Shown here: one piece after another, positions 19,128-29,589 of the stretch | Position numbering within the stretch: the stretch's first letter is position 1 | Layout: every line of letters begins with the position of its first letter | Assembly (NCBI GenBank): GCA_045863335.1 | Contig: BTVY01000036.1 | Span: forward strand, 1-64,000 | DNA length: 64,000 bases | DNA from: Candidatus Hydrogenedentota bacterium | Lineage (GTDB): Bacteria; Hydrogenedentota; Hydrogenedentia; Hydrogenedentales; SLHB01 | Reading direction: 5' to 3' | Program-made: the position numbers and the translations under genes | Notes under the pieces: model-generated | What the model was told of the DNA's origin: nothing | What the model saw: the letters and a program-made list of their open reading frames with translations, nothing else | Databases searched by the model: none

Positions 19128-19805
19128 TTAACCGTCGATGTCCCCTTCGTCGCTCCAATTCTCAAAGTACTCGCGAAACGCGCGCTCGAAATCGTCCGCG
19201 ACCGTGTCTAGCTCGGGCGCGTGTCCCAACAGTTTCCGCAAGGAAGTGACCGGTTTGTCGCGGATGCCGCATGGCACGATGTATCCGAAGTGGCTCATGT
19301 CGGGGTCCACGTTGAGCGCGACACCGTGGTACGTCACCCAGTCATGAATGCCGACACCAATTGCGGCAATTTTCTCGCCTTCAACCCATACGCCCGTGAA
19401 CCCGTCGACACGCTCTCCAGTCAGACCGTACTCGGCCAATTGACGGATTAGCACCTGCTCGAGCGAGCGGAGGTACCAGCGAATCGACAGCTTCCACTCA
19501 CGCAAGTTCAAAATGGGGTAGGCCACCAACTGTCCGGGACCATGATAGGTCACGTCACCGCCGCGGTCTGCCTTGTACACCGAAATTCCCCGAGCCGCCA
19601 GTACATCTTCGGCCAAGAGCAGGTTTTCCCGCTCAAAATTTCGGCCCAGGGTGAATACTGGTTCGTGTTCCAGTACGAACAACGCGTTGTCCGCCTCACC
19701 TGCCTCGACCGCGACCCGGCGTTTGCGCTGCAAATCAAGTCCATGCGGATAGGGCGTGCAACCGGGCAAACGGATGGCTTCGATCACTCGATGTGGTTTA
19801 CGCAT
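19128..19805 (-). CDS. lipB: Lipoyl(octanoyl) transferase
   Basis: LEHEPVFTLG, RGGDVTYHGPGQ, KIAAIG, HGVALN and PCG. Confidence 0.93.
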   Translation of the reverse strand: MRKPHRVIEAIRLPGCTPYPHGLDLQRKRRVAVEAGEADNALFVLEHEPVFTLGRNFERENLLLAEDVLAARGISVYKADRGGDVTYHGPGQLVAYPILNLREWKLSIRWYLRSLEQVLIRQLAEYGLTGERVDGFTGVWVEGEKIAAIGVGIHDWVTYHGVALNVDPDMSHFGYIVPCGIRDKPVTSLRKLLGHAPELDTVADDFERAFREYFENWSDEGDIDG

Positions 19806-19827
19806 GGCGCAAAGTATAACAGAGCGG

Positions 19828-21270
19828 TCAGATCGAAGCCCGGGCGATTTGCGCAACCGCGGAATGCTCGGCGTGATTGCTGCAATGTTCCAGGACTTCT
19901 CGAGCGAAAGCCCGTGACCCATCGTCCGTGACGACAGACGCCAGTACGGTGAGCAAGGGGGTCACGCGCGTTTCGGGTAGCGAAAGAAGGACGTCTGCGC
20001 CGGGACTCTGCTTCAATGACAAACCCTGGCGATGGTCGGCCGCCGCCGCTTCGAGCGCAATGATTATTGCAGCCTCTATGTCGGTCGTGCCGGTTAAGAG
20101 GCTTCTCGCTTGATCGACGTCCCCATGAACGTGGGTTTGTGACGCAATAAAGTACCGGGCGACACGCAAGGCGCTGCCCGCGTTCTCCACATCCTCCGAA
20201 AACGGGACCCCGTGGACGGCGCGGAGTCCACGCGTCGCCGCCGCAAAATGGAGAATCGTCCGCGGCGCCTCCCGCATACGCACAAACGCAAGTTCGGCCT
20301 TCTTGGGTTCGAACTGGAGGAACGCCTCGTAGGTGCGCGCCAACACGGACGAACTGCTGTCCGTACGGACCAGATCTATGTATAGATTCATGAGGTCCTC
20401 TCGGGGAGGCACTTCGCACAAGGCATAGGCCACCAAATTCCGGGACGCGGGGTCCCGAAACAGCAACTCCAATCGTGCGGCGCTCTCCGGTCCAGGAACA
20501 CCGCCGAGCGACTTGATCAATGCGTACTTTCGCAACCCGCCATTGCGTTCGATCTCCCGCTCCAGCATCGGGACGGCGCTCGCACCGTGCAGGGCGATCA
20601 TGCGGATCGCTTTCAGATACGCAAGGTCATTGGAGGATTGCTCCAGTAGTTCTTCAAGGAGCATCAAGCGGTCTTCCCCGCCGACCGTTCCCAACCGCGC
20701 ACGTGCGACCTCCTGCTGCGCGATGGACGAAAGACCGTATACGTGGAATCCGTTGACATACCCCATGTCAACAGTTCGTTCGGGATCTCGGTGTACGAAC
20801 CATCTTGGAGGTCGATGGTCAAGGTCCTGCCAGGTTATGCGCACCGCGGGCTGGCTCGCGCCGGCTTGGTTCGGTGGAACAAAGACAAACTGGCTATACG
20901 CGCGGCAGGCATACGGCTGCGACCTTCCACAATCGTCCCCGGCATTCACCCAGTCGTGCGCGAGCGTCACGCGAAAGCCAAACGAATCTCCACATTCCGT
21001 GGGCTCGGCCTCGCACTGAACCAGGCGCCACCGGTGATCCTCCAACGACTTCGCCAGGGGGTACACGGGCGACGATTCCAATACGGTAAAGGCAGCTGGG
21101 ACTCCCGAGGTCGCGTCGAGCAGGCGCGCCGCCGGAACTGTCATCAAGAGGTACCAACCGGCAATCAACGCTGCGCCAATCGTGGTCCGTAGCACGGGTT
21201 TTACCGGAAAGGGCCGGTTCAGCCGCTGAATCAGCCATTCATATACCCAGTCGACAAAACAGACAAACAT
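19828..21270 (-). CDS. Hypothetical membrane-anchored protein with helical/HEAT-like C-terminus, paralog of 22329-23261
   Basis: 480-aa ORF with an N-terminal TM segment and visible similarity to the neighbouring ORF. Confidence 0.6.
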   Translation of the reverse strand: MFVCFVDWVYEWLIQRLNRPFPVKPVLRTTIGAALIAGWYLLMTVPAARLLDATSGVPAAFTVLESSPVYPLAKSLEDHRWRLVQCEAEPTECGDSFGFRVTLAHDWVNAGDDCGRSQPYACRAYSQFVFVPPNQAGASQPAVRITWQDLDHRPPRWFVHRDPERTVDMGYVNGFHVYGLSSIAQQEVARARLGTVGGEDRLMLLEELLEQSSNDLAYLKAIRMIALHGASAVPMLEREIERNGGLRKYALIKSLGGVPGPESAARLELLFRDPASRNLVAYALCEVPPREDLMNLYIDLVRTDSSSSVLARTYEAFLQFEPKKAELAFVRMREAPRTILHFAAATRGLRAVHGVPFSEDVENAGSALRVARYFIASQTHVHGDVDQARSLLTGTTDIEAAIIIALEAAAADHRQGLSLKQSPGADVLLSLPETRVTPLLTVLASVVTDDGSRAFAREVLEHCSNHAEHSAVAQIARASI

Positions 21271-21462
21271 ACTTCCCCCATTCCGGTTTGCGCCGGAACT
21301 CTCAGTGATTCGCCTGCGACTTCCTTCTGTCCTCTAGGACGTTTCCCGGAGGCAAAAAGTTATACCGATCAGAATTTTTTTCTTGTGATGAAGTTGGTTG
21401 ACTCTCTGGGAAGCTAATGACGGCGAGGTCATGAAGCGATCAGTGATCCGGCACGGTCGCCG

Positions 21463-22167
21463 TCACCAATCCGCGGAGTAGCCATAGTTGAAGAGCGAAG
21501 GGAACCGGAACCGCTCGGCCTGGACGAGTGCCCCAGATACGATATCGACGTATACGGCAAAGGAGTCATCGCTCTCCACATCTTCGGGGCTGACCAGACA
21601 CAATGCACATTGCTGCGATGGAACCGGACCGTGGAGAAGTTTGCCGACCCGGTCGGGTTGCACATAGGAAAAGTATGCGGCGGGCAAGAGGACACATAGC
21701 GGTGCACACGTCTCGAGGAGATTGTTGCCGGCCTTTTCCCGGCGGATGTGCTCCGATACGGCTGCGCAAACTGCTGGTGAATCTGCCCAGTCCTTGGGCA
21801 ACGCTTCCGGCAGAATGGTCATGTCTTGAGGAAAAGCTCCGTAGCACGCGAACACGTACTCTACTGCCGGCAGGGAAAGTTGTCTGGCAGCCGACTTCAC
21901 CCATCCCTTAGGTTTTCCGTTCGCCACGCGCACGAGGTACACCTCGTTCGCCGCTTCTGAGTAGAAATCGAAGTGCCACGCGGCAGCCGTACCATCCATA
22001 TTCACGTCGCGTTCACTGTCCATGACCGACGCGTACACGCAGCAGAGGACTGCTGACCGCGCGTGGGGCCAATTCTGAGGCGTCAATTGCTCCTCCGCCA
22101 ATCGGTACGCCTCTCGTGCCGTCATCGACGAGCCGCCGCCACCCAGTAGTCCCTTGAGAAATCCCAT
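21463..22167 (-). CDS. Hypothetical protein
   Basis: ORF beginning MGFLKGLLGGGG that fills the gap between the two paralogs. Confidence 0.6.
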   Translation of the reverse strand: MGFLKGLLGGGGSSMTAREAYRLAEEQLTPQNWPHARSAVLCCVYASVMDSERDVNMDGTAAAWHFDFYSEAANEVYLVRVANGKPKGWVKSAARQLSLPAVEYVFACYGAFPQDMTILPEALPKDWADSPAVCAAVSEHIRREKAGNNLLETCAPLCVLLPAAYFSYVQPDRVGKLLHGPVPSQQCALCLVSPEDVESDDSFAVYVDIVSGALVQAERFRFPSLFNYGYSADW

Positions 22168-22328
22168 CGCGCCTCGCTGGTTCAATCGGCTAATGCGATT
22201 GGTCTATGAAAGCGCCAGTGGCGGGCAATGTCAAACTTGGCCGAACATGGAGCTATCCCGGCGTAGCCTGATCTTCGTGAGAAAACGCATGCGTGCGCGG
22301 CCCGCAGTTTGTAGACGCGGGCCGCGAG

Positions 22329-23261
22329 TTAGATGTGCGAATTCCATACGGCGGCGCGCATGCCTGATGAATAGATGGGTTCAAGGTCTGCGCGGTACGG
22401 ACTCGTGCTGAGCGCCCGATATACGTGGTCTCGCGAGTCCGGGTCAGCGCACAGTTCGCGAATGAGGCCCGCGCTCTCCGGCCCGGGGATTCGCACGAGC
22501 AAGGAGATGATGCTGTAGCGGCTGCAATCGCAACTGCGCGCGATGGCCCGCCGCAACACCGGTACGGCTACCTGTTCGTGGCTCGCGATCAAGCGAAGAA
22601 TCTTCAATCGACCGAACTCGCTCCCGCAACGCCCATGACGATCCTCGAGCAGGGCAAGCAAATCGGAACCCCCATCGGTTCCCAGGCGTTGGTGCGCGAG
22701 TTCGAGCTGCGGTACAGTCATCTTTCCGTACACGGCATAACCGTGCGAAGTCCCGAGATAGCGCGCCGTGCGACCTCCCTCTTCTGCGATCCATGATGGA
22801 GGTTCGTCTTTGACCCGGTTCCAACGTATGCGCACCCTGTCACGCGGGGCGCCGGACTCTTGAACGGGAGCGAGAAGCAACTCTTGGTACGTCTGCCGGT
22901 ACTCTGGCCTGGCGAAGGAATCGTCCGGTGGACTGTCCAACCAGACATGCTGAAGCACTACCGTGTACCCTGAAATATCGCCGCACTGCGACGGGGTGTC
23001 GTCGCAATGAACGATTGTCCAGTGGTTATCCTCCAGGCGAGATGCCAACCCAAATACGGGCGAGGTTTGCGCAACGCGAAAGCCCTCATCGCGCGATACG
23101 CGAATCGCGTGAGACGAGGATTCAGGCACGATGGTCAAGGCATACCAACCCGCGAGGATGAGAAGAAAGAGAGAGGCCTTAACCAGTTGCGCGGACGAAG
23201 GCAGTTGGAACTGCCAAGCGCCGAACCAACCACGAACGCGGTCGACGGCATCGAAAAACAT
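22329..23261 (-). CDS. Hypothetical membrane-anchored protein, shorter paralog of 19828-21270
   Basis: Shares SPVxxLAxxLEDxxW..C......CGD and PGPESA motifs with its paralog. Confidence 0.6.
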   Translation of the reverse strand: MFFDAVDRVRGWFGAWQFQLPSSAQLVKASLFLLILAGWYALTIVPESSSHAIRVSRDEGFRVAQTSPVFGLASRLEDNHWTIVHCDDTPSQCGDISGYTVVLQHVWLDSPPDDSFARPEYRQTYQELLLAPVQESGAPRDRVRIRWNRVKDEPPSWIAEEGGRTARYLGTSHGYAVYGKMTVPQLELAHQRLGTDGGSDLLALLEDRHGRCGSEFGRLKILRLIASHEQVAVPVLRRAIARSCDCSRYSIISLLVRIPGPESAGLIRELCADPDSRDHVYRALSTSPYRADLEPIYSSGMRAAVWNSHI

Positions 23262-23390
23262 GGTACTACCCAAATACGTACTGCGAAACTCGCCAGTACT
23301 GCGGTTCCCCTCTGGTGGGTATCTGTATTCTACCGTAAGAGGCCGGACACTTACAAATTTCACACAGAACACACACTGGGCTGATTTCCG

Positions 23391-23416
23391 TGTAACCCTT
23401 TCGACTTGCCGGCGTC
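23391..23416 (+). promoter_or_regulatory. ECF-type promoter, likely autoregulatory
   Basis: TGTAAC-N16-CGTC directly upstream of the ECF sigma gene. Confidence 0.6.
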
Positions 23417-23447
23417 TTATGATGTAGTAGAAGGCCGGAGTGACGTG

Positions 23448-26099
23448 ATGTCAGACGCTGAAGCCATACAAGCCGTACGGAATGGGGATAAGGACCGCTA
23501 CGCGGAGCTGGTTCACCGCTACCAGCGCATGGTCTATGCCATTGCCTGGAGCCGTCTTGGCGACCGGGACCTCTGCGAGGATGCCGCCCAGGAGACCTTC
23601 GTCAAGGCGTACCACTACCTTATGGCCCTGCGGAACCCGGCGAAGTTCCCCGGCTGGCTGGCACGCATTGCCCAGAACGTGAGCACATCCATCCTGCGCC
23701 GCCGGAAGCGGGAGCTGGATAAGCGGGAACGCTGGCGCCTCGAACAACCGGAAACCACTTCCGCGATAGATACGGCGGACGACGCGCCGATAACCGAAAC
23801 GCTTCGTGAAACCCTGGCCGAACTCCCGGCCCAGCACCGCGAATGCCTCGCGCTCTACTACCTCGAAGGCAAGAGCGTCCGCGACGCCGCGGAACTGCTT
23901 TCCATCTCCGAATCCACCATGAAGACGCGCCTCCATCGCGCGCGCCAGGCACTGCGCGGCAGGTTGGAAGAAAAGCTGGAAGACTCTCTCGCCGCACTCG
24001 GACCGCGCAAAAACTTCTCCGCCGGGGTTATTGTTCTGTTGCCGTCGTCACCATGGCTGGCGGGCGCGGGAGTGGGAGGGGCGTCCATTGGCTCGAAGCT
24101 GCTCACCGGACTCGCCCAGTTTGCATTACTCCCCATGGTCCTGTTCATGTCGCTGTTTAACGTGGCCTTTGCGGCCTTATTCTTCGGGTGGCTCGGCAAA
24201 CTGGAATCGGCCAACCTCGCGCCCGGTCCGGGCCAACGCGCGCGCCAACAGGTGATTCGCCGCTACGTCCTGCTCTTGGTAATCGCTGGCGCGATGGCAA
24301 TAATCTTTTCGTTCTCGTTCGCCTTTCGCGGCAATCCGCTCATGGTCTTCCAGCTTCTGGTTCCCTTCTGCGCCTGGGGCACGTACCGGACGCTTCGCTT
24401 CCTGCGCGTCAACCGCACGCCCTTCGCCTACGGGCAATTGCTGGCGAATGCGACGTTCACACTTACGTCCATCCTCATCGGCTTTCTGCACGCGCCCTTC
24501 TGGATCTTCTTCGTGGCCATGCTGCCGCTGAACGTCGTTCTCTACTACGCCAACAAGAGCCGGCCCGCGCGGCATGATTACAACCTCTTCCTGCGCGCCG
24601 CGCAGGGCATGCTTGGCAAATCGGAAGCTCAGGGGGGAGGCATTCCCCGCGTGACGGATAGGGAACTGCGCGCGTTCGCGCGGTTCCTGGGCAATCGGTT
24701 TCTTGTTTTGGACTACACCATCCGCGTCAAATCGCTTTGCCTGTATCTACCACCCGTGAAGCCCACGCTACGCCAATTCTTCGGCATCAATGAGTCGAAC
24801 TCTACCGTACAACTCAGCCCCGACGGCGGGGCCGACGCCGAACTTGGAGCGCGCGACCGCAAGAATCTTGCAACCATGGTCGATTCGCCCCTCGGAGAGG
24901 TCGCTGAACTCGAAGCAACCGTCTCCGAAGCGATTTCAGAAGCGTTTCGGCTCTTCCTGGATGGGCAGACCGAGCAGGCGGAAGTCCTGCTTCAGCCGGA
25001 AAACGATACCGCGATCTTCCGGAAACCGGTCGGCGACAGCGCCGAGCACCGTGCGCGCGGAATTCTCGCCATCGTCGCTGCGGTTTTCCTGCTCGCGTTC
25101 AGCCTCGTTACCGCGTTCTGGAAATTGCCGCCGCCGATCCGCGTGACGGGAGACGAAATCAACGAAGCCATGGTAGCTTGGAAAAACGACTACGACCTCC
25201 GCTGGGTAGCCTTTCACTCCGTTCTGAGCGCCGATGCGCCGCTTTCCCTTGACGCGCTTGCAGCACCCGCTCGGACGGCCTATCGGAATGCCGCCATCCA
25301 ACTCCTGACGGAAGGCCGTGACGATGCGGACGGGCGCGCCACAAACGCGCTGTTCGGCGCGGAAGCGTTGTACAACATCATCCAAAGCAACTTGCTGTCC
25401 GATGCGGAACTCGCGTCACTGGGGATTGACAGCAAAACGGTCCGTCAAGCGCTGACCGGAACGAATCAGGTTCGGCTCGATCATCTCTTTATTCTATGGA
25501 ACGAAGCAGAGGGGGCCTACGTATATCCGGGGTCCGTCGTGACCATCGCGCGGCGTTTGGCCTGCCTGAAACACTTTGGCTGCCTCGATCTCGTCGACTC
25601 GGATCGTCTCGCGCATCAACTCGCCGATCGGCAGGTCACGCCCGCCTGGGAATCGCGCGATGAAAGTCTGGATTGGAAGCGCGCCCAAGGCCTTTTTATG
25701 TTCAAGTTCTGCGATCTCGAAGGCACCTACGGGACCCTCGCTGCCCTTGAAGAACTCGACCGCCTCGACCTCATCGACCGCGAGGCCTGCGTGGAAGCCA
25801 TCCTTCGCTTCCACAATGGCACCGGCCAATTCGGCTCCGGCCGGGAACGCGACCGCGCCAACATCCGAATCTATCCCAGCACCAAAGCCAACGCCCTCGA
25901 CCGCATCCCTGACTTCACCCGCTGGAACCTCAAGCCCGAAATTATCGTCACCGACCGCAACCAACCCATCGCCGACAACGTCTCCACCCCCGACGCTATC
26001 GTAACCTGGGCCTGCCAAAAACGCATCGAACTCGTCCGCGCCACCTACCAGTTGCCGGAACGCGACAACGATCTTCGCCAACTGAATCGTCGAGACTGA
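23448..26099 (+). CDS. ECF sigma factor fused to a multi-TM region and a C-terminal domain
   Basis: Region 2 (EDAAQETFVKAY, FPGWL) and region 4 (TMKTRLHRAR), about 6 TM helices, and a prenyltransferase-like C-terminal repeat. Confidence 0.82.
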   Translation: MSDAEAIQAVRNGDKDRYAELVHRYQRMVYAIAWSRLGDRDLCEDAAQETFVKAYHYLMALRNPAKFPGWLARIAQNVSTSILRRRKRELDKRERWRLEQPETTSAIDTADDAPITETLRETLAELPAQHRECLALYYLEGKSVRDAAELLSISESTMKTRLHRARQALRGRLEEKLEDSLAALGPRKNFSAGVIVLLPSSPWLAGAGVGGASIGSKLLTGLAQFALLPMVLFMSLFNVAFAALFFGWLGKLESANLAPGPGQRARQQVIRRYVLLLVIAGAMAIIFSFSFAFRGNPLMVFQLLVPFCAWGTYRTLRFLRVNRTPFAYGQLLANATFTLTSILIGFLHAPFWIFFVAMLPLNVVLYYANKSRPARHDYNLFLRAAQGMLGKSEAQGGGIPRVTDRELRAFARFLGNRFLVLDYTIRVKSLCLYLPPVKPTLRQFFGINESNSTVQLSPDGGADAELGARDRKNLATMVDSPLGEVAELEATVSEAISEAFRLFLDGQTEQAEVLLQPENDTAIFRKPVGDSAEHRARGILAIVAAVFLLAFSLVTAFWKLPPPIRVTGDEINEAMVAWKNDYDLRWVAFHSVLSADAPLSLDALAAPARTAYRNAAIQLLTEGRDDADGRATNALFGAEALYNIIQSNLLSDAELASLGIDSKTVRQALTGTNQVRLDHLFILWNEAEGAYVYPGSVVTIARRLACLKHFGCLDLVDSDRLAHQLADRQVTPAWESRDESLDWKRAQGLFMFKFCDLEGTYGTLAALEELDRLDLIDREACVEAILRFHNGTGQFGSGRERDRANIRIYPSTKANALDRIPDFTRWNLKPEIIVTDRNQPIADNVSTPDAIVTWACQKRIELVRATYQLPERDNDLRQLNRRD

Positions 26100-26262
26100 T
26101 TGTCGGATATCTTGCGGAATGTACCGCAAGTTGAACCCGTGGACTCTGGTGTCAGAATTCCATCACGGCGCCATCATTCTGATCGAAACCAAATCGCCGA
26201 CATGTCGCACCGTCTCGGCCCCGGGCGGGCGAAGTTGCTGATCCACCTACTGAATACGTCTC

Positions 26263-26355
26263 CGCCCCGGAGGGGCGAAAGACTGTAGCCCAACGTGGAG
26301 CGAAGCGGAACGTTGGGTTAACAAATCTTCCTTGTTCACCGAGCCCTTATAGGGC
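26263..26355. repeat. REP-like palindromic element
   Basis: Hairpins cgcccc-gga-ggggcg, cccaacgt...acgttggg and gccct-tat-agggc between convergent genes. Confidence 0.65.
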
Positions 26356-26434
26356 GGCAGAATTGTCGCTTCCGAAAGCGGCCAAGTCATCCGATCAACC
26401 CACGGTCCCCGAGGCTTCCGAGATTCAATTCCGG

Positions 26435-28447
26435 CTATTCCGCGAATAACGGGGGAAACACACGCGCGCGAATCTCAGGCTCCCTCAACAGCGCGGCCTG
26501 TAAAAAGGTGAAACTGTACACCAGGTGGCCTTCGTAGCCGCAGGTGTTGCCTTGCCAGTCCATGAACTCCGCGCCAAGAGGAAACTGGTCGATGACGCCG
26601 TTCTGAAAACCGCCGCCATTGGGAAACGCGCCTTCCACCTGGCGCTTGAGCATGGCATTGAGGATGCGGTCGGCCTTCTCGGTTTCGCCGGCCATGTTTA
26701 ATGCGGTGATGAAGTAGTAGGTGTCGCTCACGCAACAGCCGCCGTTGAGATACTGCTGAAACGTATCGCTGCCGTCCTCCAGACCCGGCTGACCGTAGGA
26801 TCGATCGCGTCCCGGCTTGGGCTGGGAGTAATCGCCCTTCCGTACGGGGACCAGTGTAAGCGGCGTCCCAATGGAAAAGTTGTTGAACCCGGCCTCTTCC
26901 ATCTTTGCCCAGAGTTTGTTGAGCATGCTGCGGCCGTTCTCAGGCTCGACAAGTCCGTACAGGACCGCGATGCTCGTGTTCATCGGCGCGGCGAGATCGT
27001 GGAGTTCGCCATCCTCGCTCCGCCACCACGCCATCCACCCCGTCTGTGGATTGAACAGTGCGGGCTGGTACGCGGCCTTCAGTTTGTCCGCAAGCGCGTT
27101 GTATCGCGTTGCCTGATCCCTGCGGCCCAGTTTCGTTTCCAGATCCGCGAGACCGCGCCACGCCCGGTAGATCAGCGCATTGCAGTACCCGTCCTTGTGC
27201 CCCGTGTTGATCGTGTCATAGGCCGACCCGCCGAGACGCCCCACCTGCGTCCCGTAATTGCCGGAGTACTTGGTCTCAACAAGCCCGTCGCCATCCACGT
27301 CCCGCTCGGCCAGATAGTCCGCGAGCCGCTCCAGCGTTTCGATCCGGCGCTCCAGCCATGCCCGATCGCCCGACGCCTCCACATAGCACCACGCGCCGAT
27401 CAACGGACCCGCGTTCGCATCCGGCATTCCCGTCACGTCGCGCCACGACCGCATCTCGCCCGACGGTTCGATCCCGTGGTCCAGCCACCAGTCGAGCGTG
27501 TTGCGAAGCTGGGGAGCCGCGTTGATCCCGTCAGCCAACTCCGGCGCGAGCAACACGTGGTCCGACATCATGTGCAACACGCAACTCACGGGATCGCTCA
27601 CAACATTGTTTGCCAACAATCCCGGCGGCGAGTATTGCGGACGCTCCGCGCTGCCCCATTCGGCGCTCGGCTGCAGCATGTTCAACCACCCGCGCCGGAT
27701 GGCCCGCCACAGTGCATCGTCGTGCAGCCCGGCAGGCATGGGCACCTGCGACGGCTCCAGCGCAAACACCACGCGATCCGCGTCGGCGACCGCCCATTCC
27801 AAGGTAAAATCGACCCGGTTGTCGCCTTCCCGCGTCCCCGTCAGACGCCCCGTCACCGCGTCGCCCGGTTCCGCGCTCAGTCGCATCGCCCCCAAGTCCG
27901 GCGCATTGATCAACACCGGTAACCGCATCCCCGCGCCATCCATCCACTCTGACGGCAATACCGTCGTCGCCGTCGCTTTCGGATCAAAGGGGAAGGTCAT
28001 CCGCGCCGCCGTGAGATTGGCGTTTTCCGGCTTAACCGAGTCGATGGCAAGATCAATGCGCGCCCCGGTATGCGAGATCGTCCATGCGACGGACGCGCCC
28101 TCCCCGAGATCAAATCGGTAGACATTCTCCGGTGCCTTGTGAGGCTCGACTTTCGTTGGGAATTCCGTTGCCGGCGACCACTCCCCGTCAATTCGCAGAT
28201 CCAAGCGTACCGGCGCATACAAAAGATTCAACGAGTCCCGCGAACCGCCCTCCGTGTCCCAACTCAGGAAATCGATTTCGGCCTCGTCGTCCCACTCCAT
28301 CCGCACCACCGGCTCACCGGACGAAACCGCAATTCCATCCAGCACCCCCGCAGACAACACGGCCAACGCAAACGCAGTGATTCCGCTCAAGGTCAAAGCC
28401 CTCGTTGTAAATACGCCGTCAACGATGCCCGAAACAATACACCGCAC
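26435..28447 (-). CDS. Exported six-hairpin (alpha/alpha)6 glycoside-hydrolase-like protein
   Basis: DVDGDGLVE, DGYCNALIYRA and LADKLKAAY..LFNP.TGW are typical of GH116/GH63/GH78-like barrels. Start uncertain. Confidence 0.65.
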   Translation of the reverse strand: MRCIVSGIVDGVFTTRALTLSGITAFALAVLSAGVLDGIAVSSGEPVVRMEWDDEAEIDFLSWDTEGGSRDSLNLLYAPVRLDLRIDGEWSPATEFPTKVEPHKAPENVYRFDLGEGASVAWTISHTGARIDLAIDSVKPENANLTAARMTFPFDPKATATTVLPSEWMDGAGMRLPVLINAPDLGAMRLSAEPGDAVTGRLTGTREGDNRVDFTLEWAVADADRVVFALEPSQVPMPAGLHDDALWRAIRRGWLNMLQPSAEWGSAERPQYSPPGLLANNVVSDPVSCVLHMMSDHVLLAPELADGINAAPQLRNTLDWWLDHGIEPSGEMRSWRDVTGMPDANAGPLIGAWCYVEASGDRAWLERRIETLERLADYLAERDVDGDGLVETKYSGNYGTQVGRLGGSAYDTINTGHKDGYCNALIYRAWRGLADLETKLGRRDQATRYNALADKLKAAYQPALFNPQTGWMAWWRSEDGELHDLAAPMNTSIAVLYGLVEPENGRSMLNKLWAKMEEAGFNNFSIGTPLTLVPVRKGDYSQPKPGRDRSYGQPGLEDGSDTFQQYLNGGCCVSDTYYFITALNMAGETEKADRILNAMLKRQVEGAFPNGGGFQNGVIDQFPLGAEFMDWQGNTCGYEGHLVYSFTFLQAALLREPEIRARVFPPLFAE

Positions 28448-28485
28448 GTCCCCCGACCACAACGGCGGCACCCTAAAGAGCCAGA

Positions 28486-28687
28486 TGGATTCCCGCCTCC
28501 GCGGGAATGACGGAGGGAGGCGTCTACAAATCGGGAAAACCACGCACTGCACCCAAACCGTCATCCTCTGTCAACCTCGCGAAAGCGGCGGGCAAGCGTG
28601 GACCCATCTCAATTCGTGCACATCCTTCATCGAGAATGACCGCGCTCCGAACCCAAACCGTCATCCCCGCGCAGGCGGGGACCCATC
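28486..28687. repeat. REP-like palindromes (GGATTCCCGCCTCCGCGGGAATGACGG and inverted CCGTCATCCCCGCGCAGGCGGGGACCCA)
   Basis: Inverted pair. acccaaaccgtcatcc is duplicated at 28551 and 28651. Confidence 0.7.
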
Positions 28688-28803
28688 TTCAGCGGATGCT
28701 GGATAACATAAGTGCGCGCAGAAAGCACCGCGTCGGTCATTCGCGAATGCGAACAGACTCGTCCTCATTGATGCAGAACGCGACGGGCCCGGATTAGAAC
28801 CGC

Positions 28804-29478
28804 CTACTCCACCATCCCGCGCAGCATCTGCACGGTCACATCTTCCAGGCTGGAGACGATGATGTCGGCCTGGGCGAGTTCTTCGCGGCTGAAACTGTTG
28901 GTGACGGCGAGGCATTTCATGCCGGCGGTCTTGGCGGACGCGACGCCGGTCACGGCGTCTTCGACGGCGACGCAGTGGGAGGGGGGAAGGTTAAGGGCGT
29001 CGGCGGCTTTGAGGTAGATCTCGGGATCGGGTTTCTTATGCGTGACCAAGTCGCCGTTGATGAAGGCGGCGAACCGGTCGAGGGGCGCATGGATGGTCTC
29101 GAGCGTGATTAGGGCTTTCTTCTCCGGCGTGGACGTGGCGATGGCGAGTTTCCAGGTGCCGTTCGTGTCGGCGACGGTTTTGATGAGTTCGATAGCGCCG
29201 GGGAGGGCCTTGCATTCGCCCGCTTCCAACAGGGCGACGAAATTGTTGTGCCGCAGTTCGACCGCTTCGTCCACGTCGCGCAACGTGATGCCCGCGTCTT
29301 CCGCAGGCCCGACGACGTAGCGCACCGCGCCCGTGCCGATGTAGGGACGAAAATCCTCCGGCGTCAGTTCGACCCCGTAGAGGGTCTTGAACATGTCAAT
29401 GCTCGCCCGCGCGATCAGCGCTTCCGTATCCGCGAGCACGCCATCCATATCAAACACCAACCCAAACTGCTCACCCAT
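28804..29478 (-). CDS. HAD-family phosphatase (beta-phosphoglucomutase-like)
   Basis: FDMDGVLADT, KPDPEIY and VEDAVTG. Confidence 0.88.
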   Translation of the reverse strand: MGEQFGLVFDMDGVLADTEALIARASIDMFKTLYGVELTPEDFRPYIGTGAVRYVVGPAEDAGITLRDVDEAVELRHNNFVALLEAGECKALPGAIELIKTVADTNGTWKLAIATSTPEKKALITLETIHAPLDRFAAFINGDLVTHKKPDPEIYLKAADALNLPPSHCVAVEDAVTGVASAKTAGMKCLAVTNSFSREELAQADIIVSSLEDVTVQMLRGMVE

Positions 29479-29589
29479 ACCTGATTCCTTTATCCGTCGC
29501 GCCGCGTCAACGGCGTGGAACTCAACTGCACAACCTGGAAGAAACATCTCGATGGAACGACCTCGGTTCACTTCATAAGGCGGGGTCGT

